This document shows, one piece after another, positions 41,869-52,636 of a stretch of 64,000 bases of DNA. The position numbers were made by a program, and so were the translations under genes. The notes beneath the pieces were generated by a model, which saw only the letters and a list, made by a program, of their open reading frames with translations, made no database searches and had not been told where the DNA came from. The DNA comes from a virus (Duplodnaviria > Caudoviricetes): IMG/VR virus record IMGVR_UViG_2825563536_000001, positions 1-64,000 of that record, one strand, 5' to 3'. Each line of letters starts with the position of its first letter. Position 1 is the stretch's first letter.

Positions 41869-42210
41869 TTACGCGCCGCGGAGGGGTTCGGGGAGCATCC
41901 GCGCCGAGATGGTGACTTCGACGGGGCCTTCCTCGTAGCGGTCGGCGCTCGCGAGGATGTCGTCGAGGCGGGGGGAGAGGCCCGTGATGTGGCGGCCGCG
42001 CCGCCGTCGCGGGAAGGTGCGGATGTTCTCGTCGGGGAGGGGGCCGTAGTCGGTCCAGCGGCAGCCGGTCGTGACTTCGGCGCACGTGTACTCGATTTCC
42101 CATCCGCTGCGCGGGTCGGGGTTGATCCAGTACGTGAGGTCTGCCGCCGGCGCGGGGAGGCCGAGGTCGACGAGGGCGGCGGACTGCGCGGGCGTTGCGA
42201 GTGCGTACAT
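41869..42210 (-). CDS. Hypothetical protein
   Basis: Own promoter TTGTAA-N17-TAATAT and CCCCTACC leader. Confidence 0.6.
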   Translation of the reverse strand: MYALATPAQSAALVDLGLPAPAADLTYWINPDPRSGWEIEYTCAEVTTGCRWTDYGPLPDENIRTFPRRRRGRHITGLSPRLDDILASADRYEEGPVEVTISARMLPEPLRGA

Positions 42211-42390
42211 GCGCGTTTCCTATGGTCGTGGTAGGGGCGTCGGGGCCTTCCGGCCTGACGTGACGCAATATTACGCACGGTTACGCACTATTACAAACGG
42301 CCTGCGTAACGGTCATGTTCGGGCGTCGGCGGCGCGTTGCGCGGAGTACGCGCGCGATACGCAGTCGGCGCGCAGCCCGGTACGCGGGCG

Positions 42391-43656
42391 TCACGCCGCC
42401 ACCTCGAGCGTCGGGCGCTTCGCCGCGGCCGCGAGGACCGGGCCGAGGACCGCGGCCGCGAGCAGCGGCGGCACCGCGTCACCCACCTGCCGGTACTGCG
42501 CCGTCTTGTTCCCCTGGAACGGGTAGTCGGGCGGGAACGACTGCAGCACGGCCGCTTCTGCGATCGACACGCGCTTGCCCTGCGGGTCGCGGGACTTCGG
42601 GCCGGGCGCACGGGTGGTCCGCTCGCCCCACTCCGCGGTGCCCTTCCCGGTGATCGTCGGCGCCGGGAAGTCGAGCGGCCGGGGGTCGACCATCGTCGAG
42701 CTGGTGCCCGCCGGCGCGAGCACGCGCAGCCGCCGGAACGGCCGGTTCCAGTGCTCGGGGGCGTCGTCCCAGTCCTTCTCGATCCAGCGTCCGGCCTCGC
42801 GTTCGGCCTGCACGGTCGCGCGGGCACCCGAGCCGCCGAGGGCCTGCGCGTCGGTGCCGCCCTGGCCGGTGCCGGGCGCGATGGTCGGGTAGGGGCGTTC
42901 GGTCATGCCCCAGGTGAGGGCCTGCGCCATGCTCACCCAGCGGGGGAATCCGGCGTCGATCTTGCCGGGGTTCGTCGAGTGGAACCGGGAGTGCACCGGC
43001 CGGGGGAGCTGCGCCGGGGTCGTGATCCAGGGGGCGTGCGCGACGAGGATCGCGCGCTTGCGGGTCTGGGGGACGCCGTACTGCTCGGCCTGCAGGATGC
43101 CGGTGTCGACGGTGTACCCGAACCGACGCAGGACGACGGCGCAGGCCTCCCAGATCGGGAGGACGGCGGGCACCTGCTCCCACGCGACCCAGCTCGGCGC
43201 GGTGTAGAGCGCGTACCGGAGCGGTTCGAGGGCGAGCAGGGACCGGTCGTCGGTCATGGAGTCGTGCAGCTCGGCGATTGCGGCGTCGAGGTCGGTGCCG
43301 CAGGTGACGCGGGTGAGGGCGTCGAGCAGCAGGTGCGCGTCGGCGCGGCCGCGGCCCTTGCCTGCGGGGGAGAAGCCCTGGCAGGGCGGGGAGCAGATGT
43401 GGCCCTCGACGCGGCCGAAGATGCGGGGGTCGAGCTTGCTGACGTCGGCCTGCAGGCGGTGGTGTCCGGCGGCGACGGCGGTCGCGCAGGCGTCTTTGTC
43501 GTACTCGACGCCGAGGGCGGTGCCGGTGAAGCCTGCTCGGCGGAGGCCGGTGGACCAGCCGCCGGGGCCTGCGAACAGTTCGAGCACTTCGGGGGTGGGC
43601 ATCCCGGCCGCCATGAAGTCGGCGACCGTGAGCACGGCGAGGGGCTGCGTCAGCAC
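42391..43656 (-). CDS. Second DNA cytosine-5 methyltransferase
   Basis: ELFAGPGG, SPPCQGFS, WEQV, QTRKR, RQVGDAVPP. Confidence 0.9.
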   Translation of the reverse strand: MLTQPLAVLTVADFMAAGMPTPEVLELFAGPGGWSTGLRRAGFTGTALGVEYDKDACATAVAAGHHRLQADVSKLDPRIFGRVEGHICSPPCQGFSPAGKGRGRADAHLLLDALTRVTCGTDLDAAIAELHDSMTDDRSLLALEPLRYALYTAPSWVAWEQVPAVLPIWEACAVVLRRFGYTVDTGILQAEQYGVPQTRKRAILVAHAPWITTPAQLPRPVHSRFHSTNPGKIDAGFPRWVSMAQALTWGMTERPYPTIAPGTGQGGTDAQALGGSGARATVQAEREAGRWIEKDWDDAPEHWNRPFRRLRVLAPAGTSSTMVDPRPLDFPAPTITGKGTAEWGERTTRAPGPKSRDPQGKRVSIAEAAVLQSFPPDYPFQGNKTAQYRQVGDAVPPLLAAAVLGPVLAAAAKRPTLEVAA

Positions 43657-44859
43657 GCGGGGCCTTCCGGGTGTGGTGACACGAAAGCCCCGGCCGGAGG
43701 GTGCCCGGTCGGGGCTTTCGTGCCTGGGGGGGGTGGTGGGCGGCAGCCTGGGGGAGTTTGCCGCTCGATTCGGTACGTTACGCGATGTTGCGCATCATGT
43801 CCAGTCGGTACGCGGTTCGGTGCGCGTAACGGGCGCGTTAGGCGGCGTCGACGAGGTCGGCGAGCTGCGGTGCAGGGCGGGCGCCGTCGACACCGCGGAG
43901 CTGGTTCAGCTTCTCGATGTGCTCGGCTTCCATGCGCAGCTCGGTCGTGATGTCGTGCCCGTCGCGCTTGCGGCCGACGATCAGGTCGGCGATGAGCTGC
44001 GAGTGGTCGGCGGCGGCGTCCTGCCGTTCGAGTCGGCGGGCGAGGCCCAGGACGCTGATCTGCGGGACGTTGCGGGGGCGGCGCTTGAACGCGTGTCGTG
44101 CCATGTCGGGGGGCCTTTCAGGGTCGGGCGAGATGCGCGGGGAGGTTGACGGCGAAGCGACTCATGGCGTCCCGCCGGCGGGCGGCCTGCCAGGCGGGGA
44201 ACATGCCGTGCCCGGTCGAACTCGGGTGCAGGCTGAGGTACCAGCCGGGGTCGCAAGCGGGGCCGTTGTCGTACGTGAGGGTGTACTGCCTGCGGTCACG
44301 GAAGGTCTCGCCGAACACGGCGTGCCACTGCACGTCGTGGCGGTTACGGAGGGTGGTGCCGGGGCGCAGGAGCGGGTACCAATGCACGCCGCCGACGACG
44401 AGGGGGAGGCCGAGGGTGTCGTCGACGGACTGGATGCAGATGTCGCGGGTGACGCCGCCGTGAGTGACGCGCTGTGCGTGGTAGCTGCTGAGGCGGTAGA
44501 CGAACAGGGAGGCGTCAGGGGGTGCGGGGTTGTAGACGGCGGCGGTCATGCTGCGGCCCCGAGCATGTGACGCAGGCCCGGTTCGCGGGCGGGGTCCTGC
44601 GCGATCGCGTCGAGGGCGTACAGCTCGCGGGCGGTGTGCAGGAAGTCGCGGGCGTCGGCGCACTTCGGGCAGGAGCGGCAGCCGCATTCCTGCCGCTGCT
44701 CGACGTGGCGTCCGGCGGCGAGGTTCAGGCGCATCCAGGAGTTCCGGCGCCGGTAGTCGGCGGTGGATTCGTTCTTGCGCTGGCGAATTGCGTCCATCGG
44801 GGTTCCCTTCGGGGTCGGGGGGCGGGGCCGGGCAGTCGGCCCCGCCGCCGGGGTGTCGA

Positions 44860-45438
44860 TCAGTTGGAGAAGGCGAAGACCTTGCCGTTGTGTTCGGCGA
44901 ACGTATAGCCCCAGTTCACTTCGGCGATCAGCGCGAGTGCTTCGCCGTCGATCTGCAGGGCGTGGCGGATGTCGCGCAGGTTCGTGCGGTCGTCCACGGA
45001 GACCGGAACGCGCTTGCTGCGGCCCCAGGCGGCGACGGTCGCGCCGAGCAGCGGCAGCAGGCCGTCGGTGACGTCTTCGGCCCATGCCTCGAGGTCGTCG
45101 TACTCGCCGATGAACCGGACCGGCTCGTAGGCGTAGGGGTCGTCACTGCCGCCGAGTGCGTAGCGCACGAAGGCGGCGTAGGGGGCGCCGTGCGTGCGGA
45201 GGCGTTCGCCGACCTTGGCGACCTGGTCGAGGGGCATGGACTCGTGGATGTCGATGCCCTGGAAGTTCTCGGTGTCGAGGATGATCAGCTCCTCGGGGTC
45301 GGCGCAGTACGAGCGGGCGCGGAGTTCGGCGACCTGCGCGTCGAGCGGCTCGTCGGGGTGGAGTTCGAGCCATGCGGAGTTCACGTGGCCGTTGGTGTAG
45401 TCGGCCAGGGTTGCGACGTGGATTTCGGGGATGCTCAT
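44860..45438 (-). CDS. ardA: ArdA-family antirestriction protein
   Basis: Acidic protein with IHVATLADYTNG....W, ILDTENF, FIGEYDD and terminal GKVFAF. Confidence 0.8.
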   Translation of the reverse strand: MSIPEIHVATLADYTNGHVNSAWLELHPDEPLDAQVAELRARSYCADPEELIILDTENFQGIDIHESMPLDQVAKVGERLRTHGAPYAAFVRYALGGSDDPYAYEPVRFIGEYDDLEAWAEDVTDGLLPLLGATVAAWGRSKRVPVSVDDRTNLRDIRHALQIDGEALALIAEVNWGYTFAEHNGKVFAFSN

Positions 45439-46628
45439 TGTGTGCCTTTCGCCGTGGCAGGGGGCTTGTTTGACGTGTTGAACATTAGGTCATAAACGAC
45501 CCCATGACAAACGCAGAGGTCAGGGGGTCGAATATGACGCAACGTGCGGCGCTAGTCGAGGGTGCGACAGAACTTGCTCGGCGCGTAGTTCACGACGACG
45601 TCGCGCGACACGAGCCGGTACTGGCGGCGAAACTCCGTCGGGTTGAGGTGCAGCTTCTCGGCGAACTGACTCAGGCGCTGCTCGATCGAGTGCAGGCCGT
45701 TCCCGCGAATCTCGAACGTGAAGCCGTCGATCGAGATGCGGTCCCAGTGGAAGTCGCCGTCGGGCGACTGGATGCCCCACTGCTTGAGCGTCTGGATGTC
45801 GGCGGGCGAGGGGGCGACCGGGTCGCCGTCGGCGGGCGAGGATGCGGGGCGAGTGTCAGTCATGGCGGTGTCCTTGCAGGTCAGAAGCGGGGGCGGGACC
45901 AGCGGTCGTGCTGGTTCGCGAACGGGACGACGTGGGCGGCGCGGGCGAACCCGCAGAGCTGGCACTTGCAATCGAGGTCGGTCCGGCGGTCGCCGTCGAC
46001 GTAGACCTCGGTCGGGTGCCCGGCGAGCTGCGCCTCGAGGACGGCCCGGAGCGTGCGCCACTCAGACCGCAGCTCGTTGAGGGCTTCGTTCTGCTCGGCT
46101 TCGCGGCAGTCGCAGGCGAGGTGGTGGTCGGTGCAGTTGTTCCAGCGCGGGTCGCTGGTGTCCTGCGGCGCGCTGCGGTCGACGGCGACCGGCTGCCCGC
46201 GGAAGCGCAGGACCGGGCCGACGAGGGTGCCCTTGCGGGGCATGTGGGGCGGGTAGTCGATGCGCTCCATGTCAGGCCGCCGCGAGCATGACGTCGATGA
46301 TGTCGGCGTCGACGACGTCGCCGTTCTCGAGGACGACGGTTGCGAAGCTCTGACCTGCGTCGTCGGTGTGGTAGGCGGAGATTTCGAAGATGCCGGCGAC
46401 GAGGTCGGGTTCGGTGACGGTTGCAGTCATTTCGAGGGCCTTTCGGTGCGGTAGGGGCGGTGCGTTGCGCATCACGTTACGCACAATTACGCAACATTGC
46501 AAACTGCCTGCGTAACGGACTCACCGAGCGGAATCGGGCGACTCGCGGCGGATCAGGCTCGCTCAGCTACGCGAAAACAGGCCCCAGCCGGGCCGTGAGC
46601 GCACGAACACCCCCGGCCCGGCATAAGT

Positions 46629-47180
46629 TCACACCTGGCGCCCGCTGAACGCGCCAGAGGGGCCGTCAGAGCCGTTACGCGTCATTGCGCGCAACCGGGT
46701 GCGGGCGGCGTCGAGGTCGACCGGCGCCGCGGGCAGCGCAGCCGGGGCGTCGACGTCCGGCAGCACCCGGTCCGCGTCCCACGCCGGTTTCCGGGCCTGG
46801 ACCCGCGATCGCACCCCGCGCGCTTCGAGTTCGGCCGCGACGCCAGCCAGCAGACGGCGACGATGCTCGGGCGACGACCCGGTCCCGGCGGGCTGCCGCG
46901 CGCGCAGCTCGGCGACCGACCGCGGGCCGCTGCCGCCCGGCCGGGCCTGTCGCATCGCGGTCGTCACGTGGCCGGGCACGATGCGCGGCAGGTTCTCGTC
47001 CGGCGCAAGCGGCCGGGTGTAAATCCGCTGCACAGCCTCGAGCGCAGCCTTGAAGTCCCAGCCGCCCGCGTTCGCCGCGATCCGCCAGGCCGTCGTCGTC
47101 GGCGTGCCCGTCTCGAACCGCTGATCGAAGCCTGCGATGAGCGCGCACAGGGCCTCGGCCATCGCGTCGTTCCACGTCAT
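46629..47180 (-). CDS. Replication accessory protein (helicase loader/inhibitor-like)
   Basis: Position directly after rep; AGFDQR..AW..PGHV motif. Confidence 0.5.
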   Translation of the reverse strand: MTWNDAMAEALCALIAGFDQRFETGTPTTTAWRIAANAGGWDFKAALEAVQRIYTRPLAPDENLPRIVPGHVTTAMRQARPGGSGPRSVAELRARQPAGTGSSPEHRRRLLAGVAAELEARGVRSRVQARKPAWDADRVLPDVDAPAALPAAPVDLDAARTRLRAMTRNGSDGPSGAFSGRQV

Positions 47181-48373
47181 GCGACACCGCCGATCGCCTG
47201 CTGGTCGCCGCTGAGGACGGCGTCGATCAGCGCCAGCGGGTTCGGTGCGCCGCCGGCGACCGCGGCCGCGATGCGGTCGCCCGCTTCGGCGAACTGCCGC
47301 TCACGGCGCGACTGCAGCGCGACCGGCGCCGCTTCCGGCTCGTCGTCCCAGCGGCCCTCGTTCAGCCACGTGGACGGGTGCGGGATGAACTTCTTCTCGG
47401 GCAGGTTCGGGTCCGCGGCGTACCGGCGCACCGCCAGCAGCAGCTGCGCCCCCGTGTGCGTCTTGCGGGCCGTCGCGTACGCCTTCGCGGCAGCCTTGCG
47501 GCCGACCTTGCGCGGGTAGGCCGCGTACCAGTCGGCGAACCCGGCCGGTTCGGTCGCGGGCATCGGTGCCGGTTCGGGTTCGGTCGGCTGCAGCAGGTCG
47601 GCGGGGTACGCGTAGCCGTCCTCGTCGACGACCTCCGCGTCGATCGGCTCGCACTCGCTCGACGGAGTCGAGCATGTTTTTTGAAGTACCTCGTTAGAGG
47701 TACTTGGAGTAGGAGCAGGAGTAGGAGCAGGGGAAGTGGACCCGTAAACCTTGGGGTAAACGTTAGGGGTGGGTTTAGGGTAAACCGACCCCTTAACCTG
47801 GGGGTTAACCTCGGGGGAAACCGACCCGGAAACCTCGGGGTTAACCGACCCCGAAACCTCGGGGGAAACGGCACGGAAACCGGTGGGGTAATCGGCCGGG
47901 TCGATCGAGTCGCGGCGCAGCATCTGCCGCAGCTTCTCGCCGCTGTACTTCGATTCCCAGCACGCCAGATCGGGCTGGTTCGCGCGCAGCTTCGCGACCT
48001 CGAACACGACCACGCCGCGGAGTTCCTTCGACTCCACGCCGGCGTACGCGAGCATCATCGACACGGCCATGCGCGGGTTCTTCATCAGCCCGTCGTGCTT
48101 GATGAACGACCGCACCAGGACTTCCTCGACTGCCTCGTCGACGACGACGAACAGGCCCTCAGCGAGTTCGCGGGCGGCCGCGACGACGTCTTCCGGGGTC
48201 CAGCCTTTCGCGCGCGCTGCGATGCGCTTCGGCCGCCAGTCAGTGACGCCGCAGTAGGACAGCTTCGCGTCGATGAGCAGCAGAAAGTAGAGGTGCTGGG
48301 CGGCCGGGGTCAGGTCGCGGAAGTCGTCGTCGCCCATGATGTCGAGACGGAGCGGGGCATGTTCGCGAGCCAT
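47177..48373 (-). CDS. Phage replication initiator
   Basis: MAREHA...DDDFRDLTPAAQHLY N-domain; YPRKVG..A...FIPHPSTWLN..RWDDE C-domain; internal iterons. Confidence 0.85.
   Translation of the reverse strand: MAREHAPLRLDIMGDDDFRDLTPAAQHLYFLLLIDAKLSYCGVTDWRPKRIAARAKGWTPEDVVAAARELAEGLFVVVDEAVEEVLVRSFIKHDGLMKNPRMAVSMMLAYAGVESKELRGVVVFEVAKLRANQPDLACWESKYSGEKLRQMLRRDSIDPADYPTGFRAVSPEVSGSVNPEVSGSVSPEVNPQVKGSVYPKPTPNVYPKVYGSTSPAPTPAPTPSTSNEVLQKTCSTPSSECEPIDAEVVDEDGYAYPADLLQPTEPEPAPMPATEPAGFADWYAAYPRKVGRKAAAKAYATARKTHTGAQLLLAVRRYAADPNLPEKKFIPHPSTWLNEGRWDDEPEAAPVALQSRRERQFAEAGDRIAAAVAGGAPNPLALIDAVLSGDQQAIGGVA
47747..47866. repeat. Iteron-like direct repeats inside rep (candidate origin)
   Basis: AACCTCGGGG at 47807, 47831, 47855 (24-bp period) plus variants, next to an AT-richer stretch at ~47675-47710. 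Confidence 0.7.
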
Positions 48374-48378
48374 TGTGT

Positions 48379-48951
48379 CTAGGCGGGCTTCCGGTCGGAG
48401 GGGCGGTTGGCGGGCAGCTGCAGGCGCTCACGGATGCGCACAACCGTGTGGTAGCTGAGCTTGGTCAGGGATGCGACCTGCTGATCGGTCCAGGCGAAGT
48501 GCTCGACGAGCAGCTTTACGAGCAGGGCGCGGTCGCGCTGCGTGAGCGCGTCGGCGGGGTCGAACCCGCGGAGCGCCCGCAGGAACCGGAACGCGTTGTC
48601 GGCGTACTTGCCCGAGATGAGGCCCTGTTCGTCGAGGTGCGCCGGGATGTCGCGGGCGTCGCCTTCCTCGTGCTGCAGCAGGTGCGGGGCGTGCACCTGC
48701 AGGATCGCGTCGAGGTGCTCGGAGCCGAGTTCGGCGGCGACGCGATCGCGGATGGTTGCCGGCGCGCTCTCGAGCAGCTTCGCGAGGGTGCCGTATCCGA
48801 GGCGGGTGCTGGTCGTCTTGCCGGTGCGGATGCGGTGGTCGCGCATGTAGGCCGTGCGGGCGTCGTTGCAGGCGTCGCAGGGCTTCTCGCCGTTCTTGAT
48901 GTGCGCCGCTGCGCCACGGTAGGTGCCGTGGGCGATCGTGTCGTCGGTCAT
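48379..48951 (-). CDS. Zn-finger/HTH protein
   Basis: HGT...H...GEKPCDAC and C-terminal HTH. Confidence 0.65.
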   Translation of the reverse strand: MTDDTIAHGTYRGAAAHIKNGEKPCDACNDARTAYMRDHRIRTGKTTSTRLGYGTLAKLLESAPATIRDRVAAELGSEHLDAILQVHAPHLLQHEEGDARDIPAHLDEQGLISGKYADNAFRFLRALRGFDPADALTQRDRALLVKLLVEHFAWTDQQVASLTKLSYHTVVRIRERLQLPANRPSDRKPA

Positions 48952-49029
48952 GGGGGCCTCCGGGTTGCGTGTGGGGCGGGGCCGGTGCGTCGGCAGTGAC
49001 GCACCGGCCCCGTGGGGGTGGGGGGAGGG

Positions 49030-50019
49030 CTACGCCTCGGCTGCGGCGGCGTTCGGCAGGTCGACGGTCTCGGCGTCCTGGATGTTCTCGGCGCCCAGCT
49101 CCTGCTGGACGGCCTGCTGCGCGTTCTCGGCGGCCTTCGCCTCAGCGGCCTCCCACGCCTTCTTGACGTCCTCGACGCGGGCGGCGGCGAGCTGCTGCGC
49201 GGCCGGGCCGTGCTCGGGGCCGAGGAGCGCGGCCTCGCGCCACATGTCGCGCAGTTCGTCGACGTCGTTCGACTCCTCGATGCGCTTCATCAGGGCGGCG
49301 GCGGCGGCCTCGACGGCGGCAGGGTCTTCTGCGGCGGCCTGGTCGCCCAGTGCGGCGCCCAGGGCCTCGTTGCCGGACTTGTGGACCTCCCGCTCACGCT
49401 GGGGCTGCTGCTGGCGCTGCTGGGGCTGCGCCTGCTGCTGCGGGCTGTCGGTGCGCTCGGCGACGGCCTGCACCATCTGCACCGTGCCGGTGTTGGCGTC
49501 GAGCACAGCCTCGCCGGACTCGTCGATCACCGCGCCCAGCTCCTCGGGGGTGTAGATCATGCCCATGAGCACGTCGGACGCACCCATGCGGCCGATTTCG
49601 CTGATCGCGCGGGAGCGCAGCATCGCGGCCGGGTACTTCTTCCACATCGCCTTGCCGGTGAGCTGGGCAGCCTGCGCGCGGGCCATCGTCCACTCGACCT
49701 TGAACGTGAAGTCGGGGTCGTCGGCGCGGATCAGCTCGGCGACGGCGCGGTGGTCGTCGCCGCTGACGCGGAGCCGGTGCCCGGCGCGGCGGATCAGCGC
49801 GGCGATCAGGTCGGCCGACGCGGACGGCTTGCCCTCGATCACGTGGATGCTGGTCAGGGCGGACATGCGGGAGACGCCGAGTGCGTCGGCGTACTCGAGG
49901 GCGAACAGCAGGTTGGCGGGCTGCTCCTGGTACTGGCGGGGCAGCATGGACGACTTCGCCATGTTCGTGCACCAGCGGATGTTCTCGTCGAGGGTGGCGG
50001 GGAGGTTCGGGGTCGTCAT
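49030..50019 (-). CDS. RecT-like single-strand annealing protein
   Basis: IHVIEGKP, W.KYPAAMLRSRA, YTPEEL motifs. Confidence 0.8.
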   Translation of the reverse strand: MTTPNLPATLDENIRWCTNMAKSSMLPRQYQEQPANLLFALEYADALGVSRMSALTSIHVIEGKPSASADLIAALIRRAGHRLRVSGDDHRAVAELIRADDPDFTFKVEWTMARAQAAQLTGKAMWKKYPAAMLRSRAISEIGRMGASDVLMGMIYTPEELGAVIDESGEAVLDANTGTVQMVQAVAERTDSPQQQAQPQQRQQQPQREREVHKSGNEALGAALGDQAAAEDPAAVEAAAAALMKRIEESNDVDELRDMWREAALLGPEHGPAAQQLAAARVEDVKKAWEAAEAKAAENAQQAVQQELGAENIQDAETVDLPNAAAAEA

Positions 50020-50063
50020 GGCAGTGCCTTTCGGGGTAGTGGTGAGGGTTTCGGGGCAGCCGG

Positions 50064-51125
50064 TCAGGCTGCGGATTCCTGCGCTTCGGCAGCGGCGCGC
50101 AGGGCCTGCAGTTCGCGGAGCTTCTCGAGGGTGACCGGGGTCTTCGGCCGGACGATCGACGCCGTGCCGCCCTTGATCTGCCGCGACGCGATGATCAGGT
50201 TCTTCGCCTTGAGCGGCTTCCCCGACTTGCCGATTTCGGGGGGCAGCTTCACTACCAGGCGCTTCGCCTTGCCCGCGATCTTGAGGGCGTCGGCGCGGCC
50301 GCGGAACAGCTCGGCCTCCGCGAGGTCGAAGCTCAGCAGGCGGGTGGTGAAGTCGATCGCGAAGTCGAGGCTGACTTCCCAGTCCTCGTCGGCCTTCAAC
50401 AGCGCCGTGTCGGTGTAGACGCGTTGCATTGCCTTGTAAGAGGATTCGAGACCGTCGTTCTCGGGTTCGACGTCGTCGGCGAGCGACTGCATGAACGCGG
50501 TGACACCGGCGAGAATCTTCGCGGCGATCGCCTCGTCGTAGACGATGACGTACGTGTGCAGGTCGTCGATGAACGGGCCGTACCGGACGACGAAGGCGCG
50601 GCGGTCGCCGCTGACGATCATCTGCCAGTACACCTGGATCAGGTAGTACAGCGGCACCTGGTCGGTGCCCGGTTCGCCCCATGCCTCGCGGTCGCCGTTG
50701 CCGCCGAGCGTCTTCCCCTCGAGGTTCAGTTCCTCGCCGGTGACGCGGTTCTTCGCGCGGAAGTCGGGCGTCGCTGCAGCCGGGAAGCCGAGGTCGTCGC
50801 GGGTGAAGGTGATTTCGCCGTCGCTGATCGGCTCCCAGTCAGGGTTCTGCTCGAACCACATCGCGAAGAACGCCGCCTCGAGGTAGTTCCCGCGCTTCTG
50901 CGAGGCGTTGCTCTTGCGGGGGAACTTGCGGGCGTGCTGCATCTTGAGCCAGGTCGCCTTGCGCTGGTCCCATCCTGGCTTGTTCAGGCCGAGCATTCCG
51001 GGGATCTTCGAGGCGGTCGCGGTCGCAGCCCACGAGTCGGTGCCGACCCAGCGGCCGTCTTCGCCGACCTCCGGGACGTCGCCGGCGGATGCGTCCGCAT
51101 CCTCGGTATGTGTAAGCTGAGGCAA
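50064..51125 (-). CDS. YqaJ/RecE-like exonuclease
   Basis: TASKI, RGNYLE, ATPD, EGKT, YLIQVYWQM. Confidence 0.8.
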   Translation of the reverse strand: MPQLTHTEDADASAGDVPEVGEDGRWVGTDSWAATATASKIPGMLGLNKPGWDQRKATWLKMQHARKFPRKSNASQKRGNYLEAAFFAMWFEQNPDWEPISDGEITFTRDDLGFPAAATPDFRAKNRVTGEELNLEGKTLGGNGDREAWGEPGTDQVPLYYLIQVYWQMIVSGDRRAFVVRYGPFIDDLHTYVIVYDEAIAAKILAGVTAFMQSLADDVEPENDGLESSYKAMQRVYTDTALLKADEDWEVSLDFAIDFTTRLLSFDLAEAELFRGRADALKIAGKAKRLVVKLPPEIGKSGKPLKAKNLIIASRQIKGGTASIVRPKTPVTLEKLRELQALRAAAEAQESAA

Positions 51126-51495
51126 CGCACGTTCCTTTCGGGTTGCGTAGTAGTCCGGTTCCGTCGGCAGTCCCTTGGCAGTAGGGCGGCGGGGCCGGAC
51201 TTCTTTCGTTTCGGGGGGCCTGCGCTACGCGGTGTTACGCGTTGTTGCGCGGCTGACGGAGTCATCATATGCACGTGACGCACTGTTACGCAACTACAGA
51301 CGGGTAATAGCGCGTAACCTCTGTCCCAAGCTCTGAGGATGCGCGCCGCGACACGCGGACCGGCGCCCGAGCTGCACCCCGCGAAGGCCCCCGACGACCC
51401 TGCGCACCCCCGCGTACTGACAGGCGTCAAATGCGTAATACCGACCGGCGGGGATGCCCAATTGCACAGTTCGCGCGCGTACTATGTGCGCATAA

Positions 51496-51936
51496 ATGCG
51501 TTACAGTTTGTCCATGAACACAAGGCAGGAGCACGTCGGAGACCTGATACGGGCCGCCCGTGAAGGGCGTGGCATGTCCAGAAGAAAGGCTTCGGCCAAA
51601 TCAGGGGTTAGTGAAGCGCGCCTTCGTCAGATCGAGAATGGCGTTCAATACCGCGACGGTGTCGCCTCTCCTGTGAACCCGAAGCCGGACAAACTAGTGA
51701 TGATCGCAACAGCGGTCGGGCTAGACCCCAAGGTTGTCCTCGAGGCTGCAGGCTACGACCCCGGCATCGCCGACCACATCGAAACAGACCTACCGCCCGC
51801 TGAGCAGGCCGTCGGCCGCATCACGACAGGCTCGAAGGGTGCTCGGTTCCTCCGCATCGACGATCTCGACGACCGGGAAGTCGAGTTGATCGAGACCTTC
51901 CTAGCCGGGCTAGAATTGGGGCGAAAATCCGGCTAG
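51496..51936 (+). CDS. XRE-family immunity repressor
   Basis: LIRAARE..GMSRRKAS..SGVSEARLRQIENG; divergent from the lytic operon. Confidence 0.8.
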   Translation: MRYSLSMNTRQEHVGDLIRAAREGRGMSRRKASAKSGVSEARLRQIENGVQYRDGVASPVNPKPDKLVMIATAVGLDPKVVLEAAGYDPGIADHIETDLPPAEQAVGRITTGSKGARFLRIDDLDDREVELIETFLAGLELGRKSG

Positions 51937-52000
51937 ACGAACCCACCTCTGCCTGCGCGGGGGTGGGTTCTCCTGCCTAGACGAGGGAGGGGCCTGACCC

Positions 52001-52636
52001 TTGATGCGAGGTGTCCACACTGCTCGGGGGTTACAGCCGCTCGGCTATGACCCGTTCAGCGATGCTGTCGAGCGCGGTATCGAAGTCGGGTACCTCGGCA
52101 TCTCGTCTGCCGCCGGTATGTGGCTGCCGAGCCGCAACGCGATCATCATCAGCTCGGCGATCACCAACGCGGCGGACCGGGCCGACATGCTCGCCCACAT
52201 GCTCGGCCACGCCGACCTCGAGGGGGGCCGCGCGATCGCCCGCTACCACAGCGGCAGTTGCGACGCGCACGACATCGACCGGCGCATCAACAATCGGGTC
52301 TCCCGCCGGCGCATCACCCCGGCCGCGCTCGAGGCTGCGGTACGCGTAACGACGTGCGCAGGCATCGTTGCGCACCTGCTCGGGGTATCGCTGCGCACCC
52401 TGCAGCACCGCGTGCAGGCGCTCAGCTACGACGAGCGCCTGACGCTCGGGCGCCCCTGCAGTCGTCTCGACTGGCCCGCGGAGGCCCGGCAGCCGATCGC
52501 GCTGCCCGGCCCGTGCCTGCACGAGCCGAGCGAGCGCGAGCAGCGCCTCACCCGCGCGCGGATCACCGCGAGCCTGACCGTCCTGCCGCTCGCGATCGCG
52601 ACGTTCACGCTGGCGGCGCAGGCTCCGTTCCCCTAA
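52001..52636 (+). CDS. ImmA/IrrE-like protein lacking the catalytic Glu
   Basis: LAHMLGH instead of LAHELGH, followed by an IrrE-like HTH; sits between repressor and integrase. Confidence 0.7.
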   Translation: MMRGVHTARGLQPLGYDPFSDAVERGIEVGYLGISSAAGMWLPSRNAIIISSAITNAADRADMLAHMLGHADLEGGRAIARYHSGSCDAHDIDRRINNRVSRRRITPAALEAAVRVTTCAGIVAHLLGVSLRTLQHRVQALSYDERLTLGRPCSRLDWPAEARQPIALPGPCLHEPSEREQRLTRARITASLTVLPLAIATFTLAAQAPFP

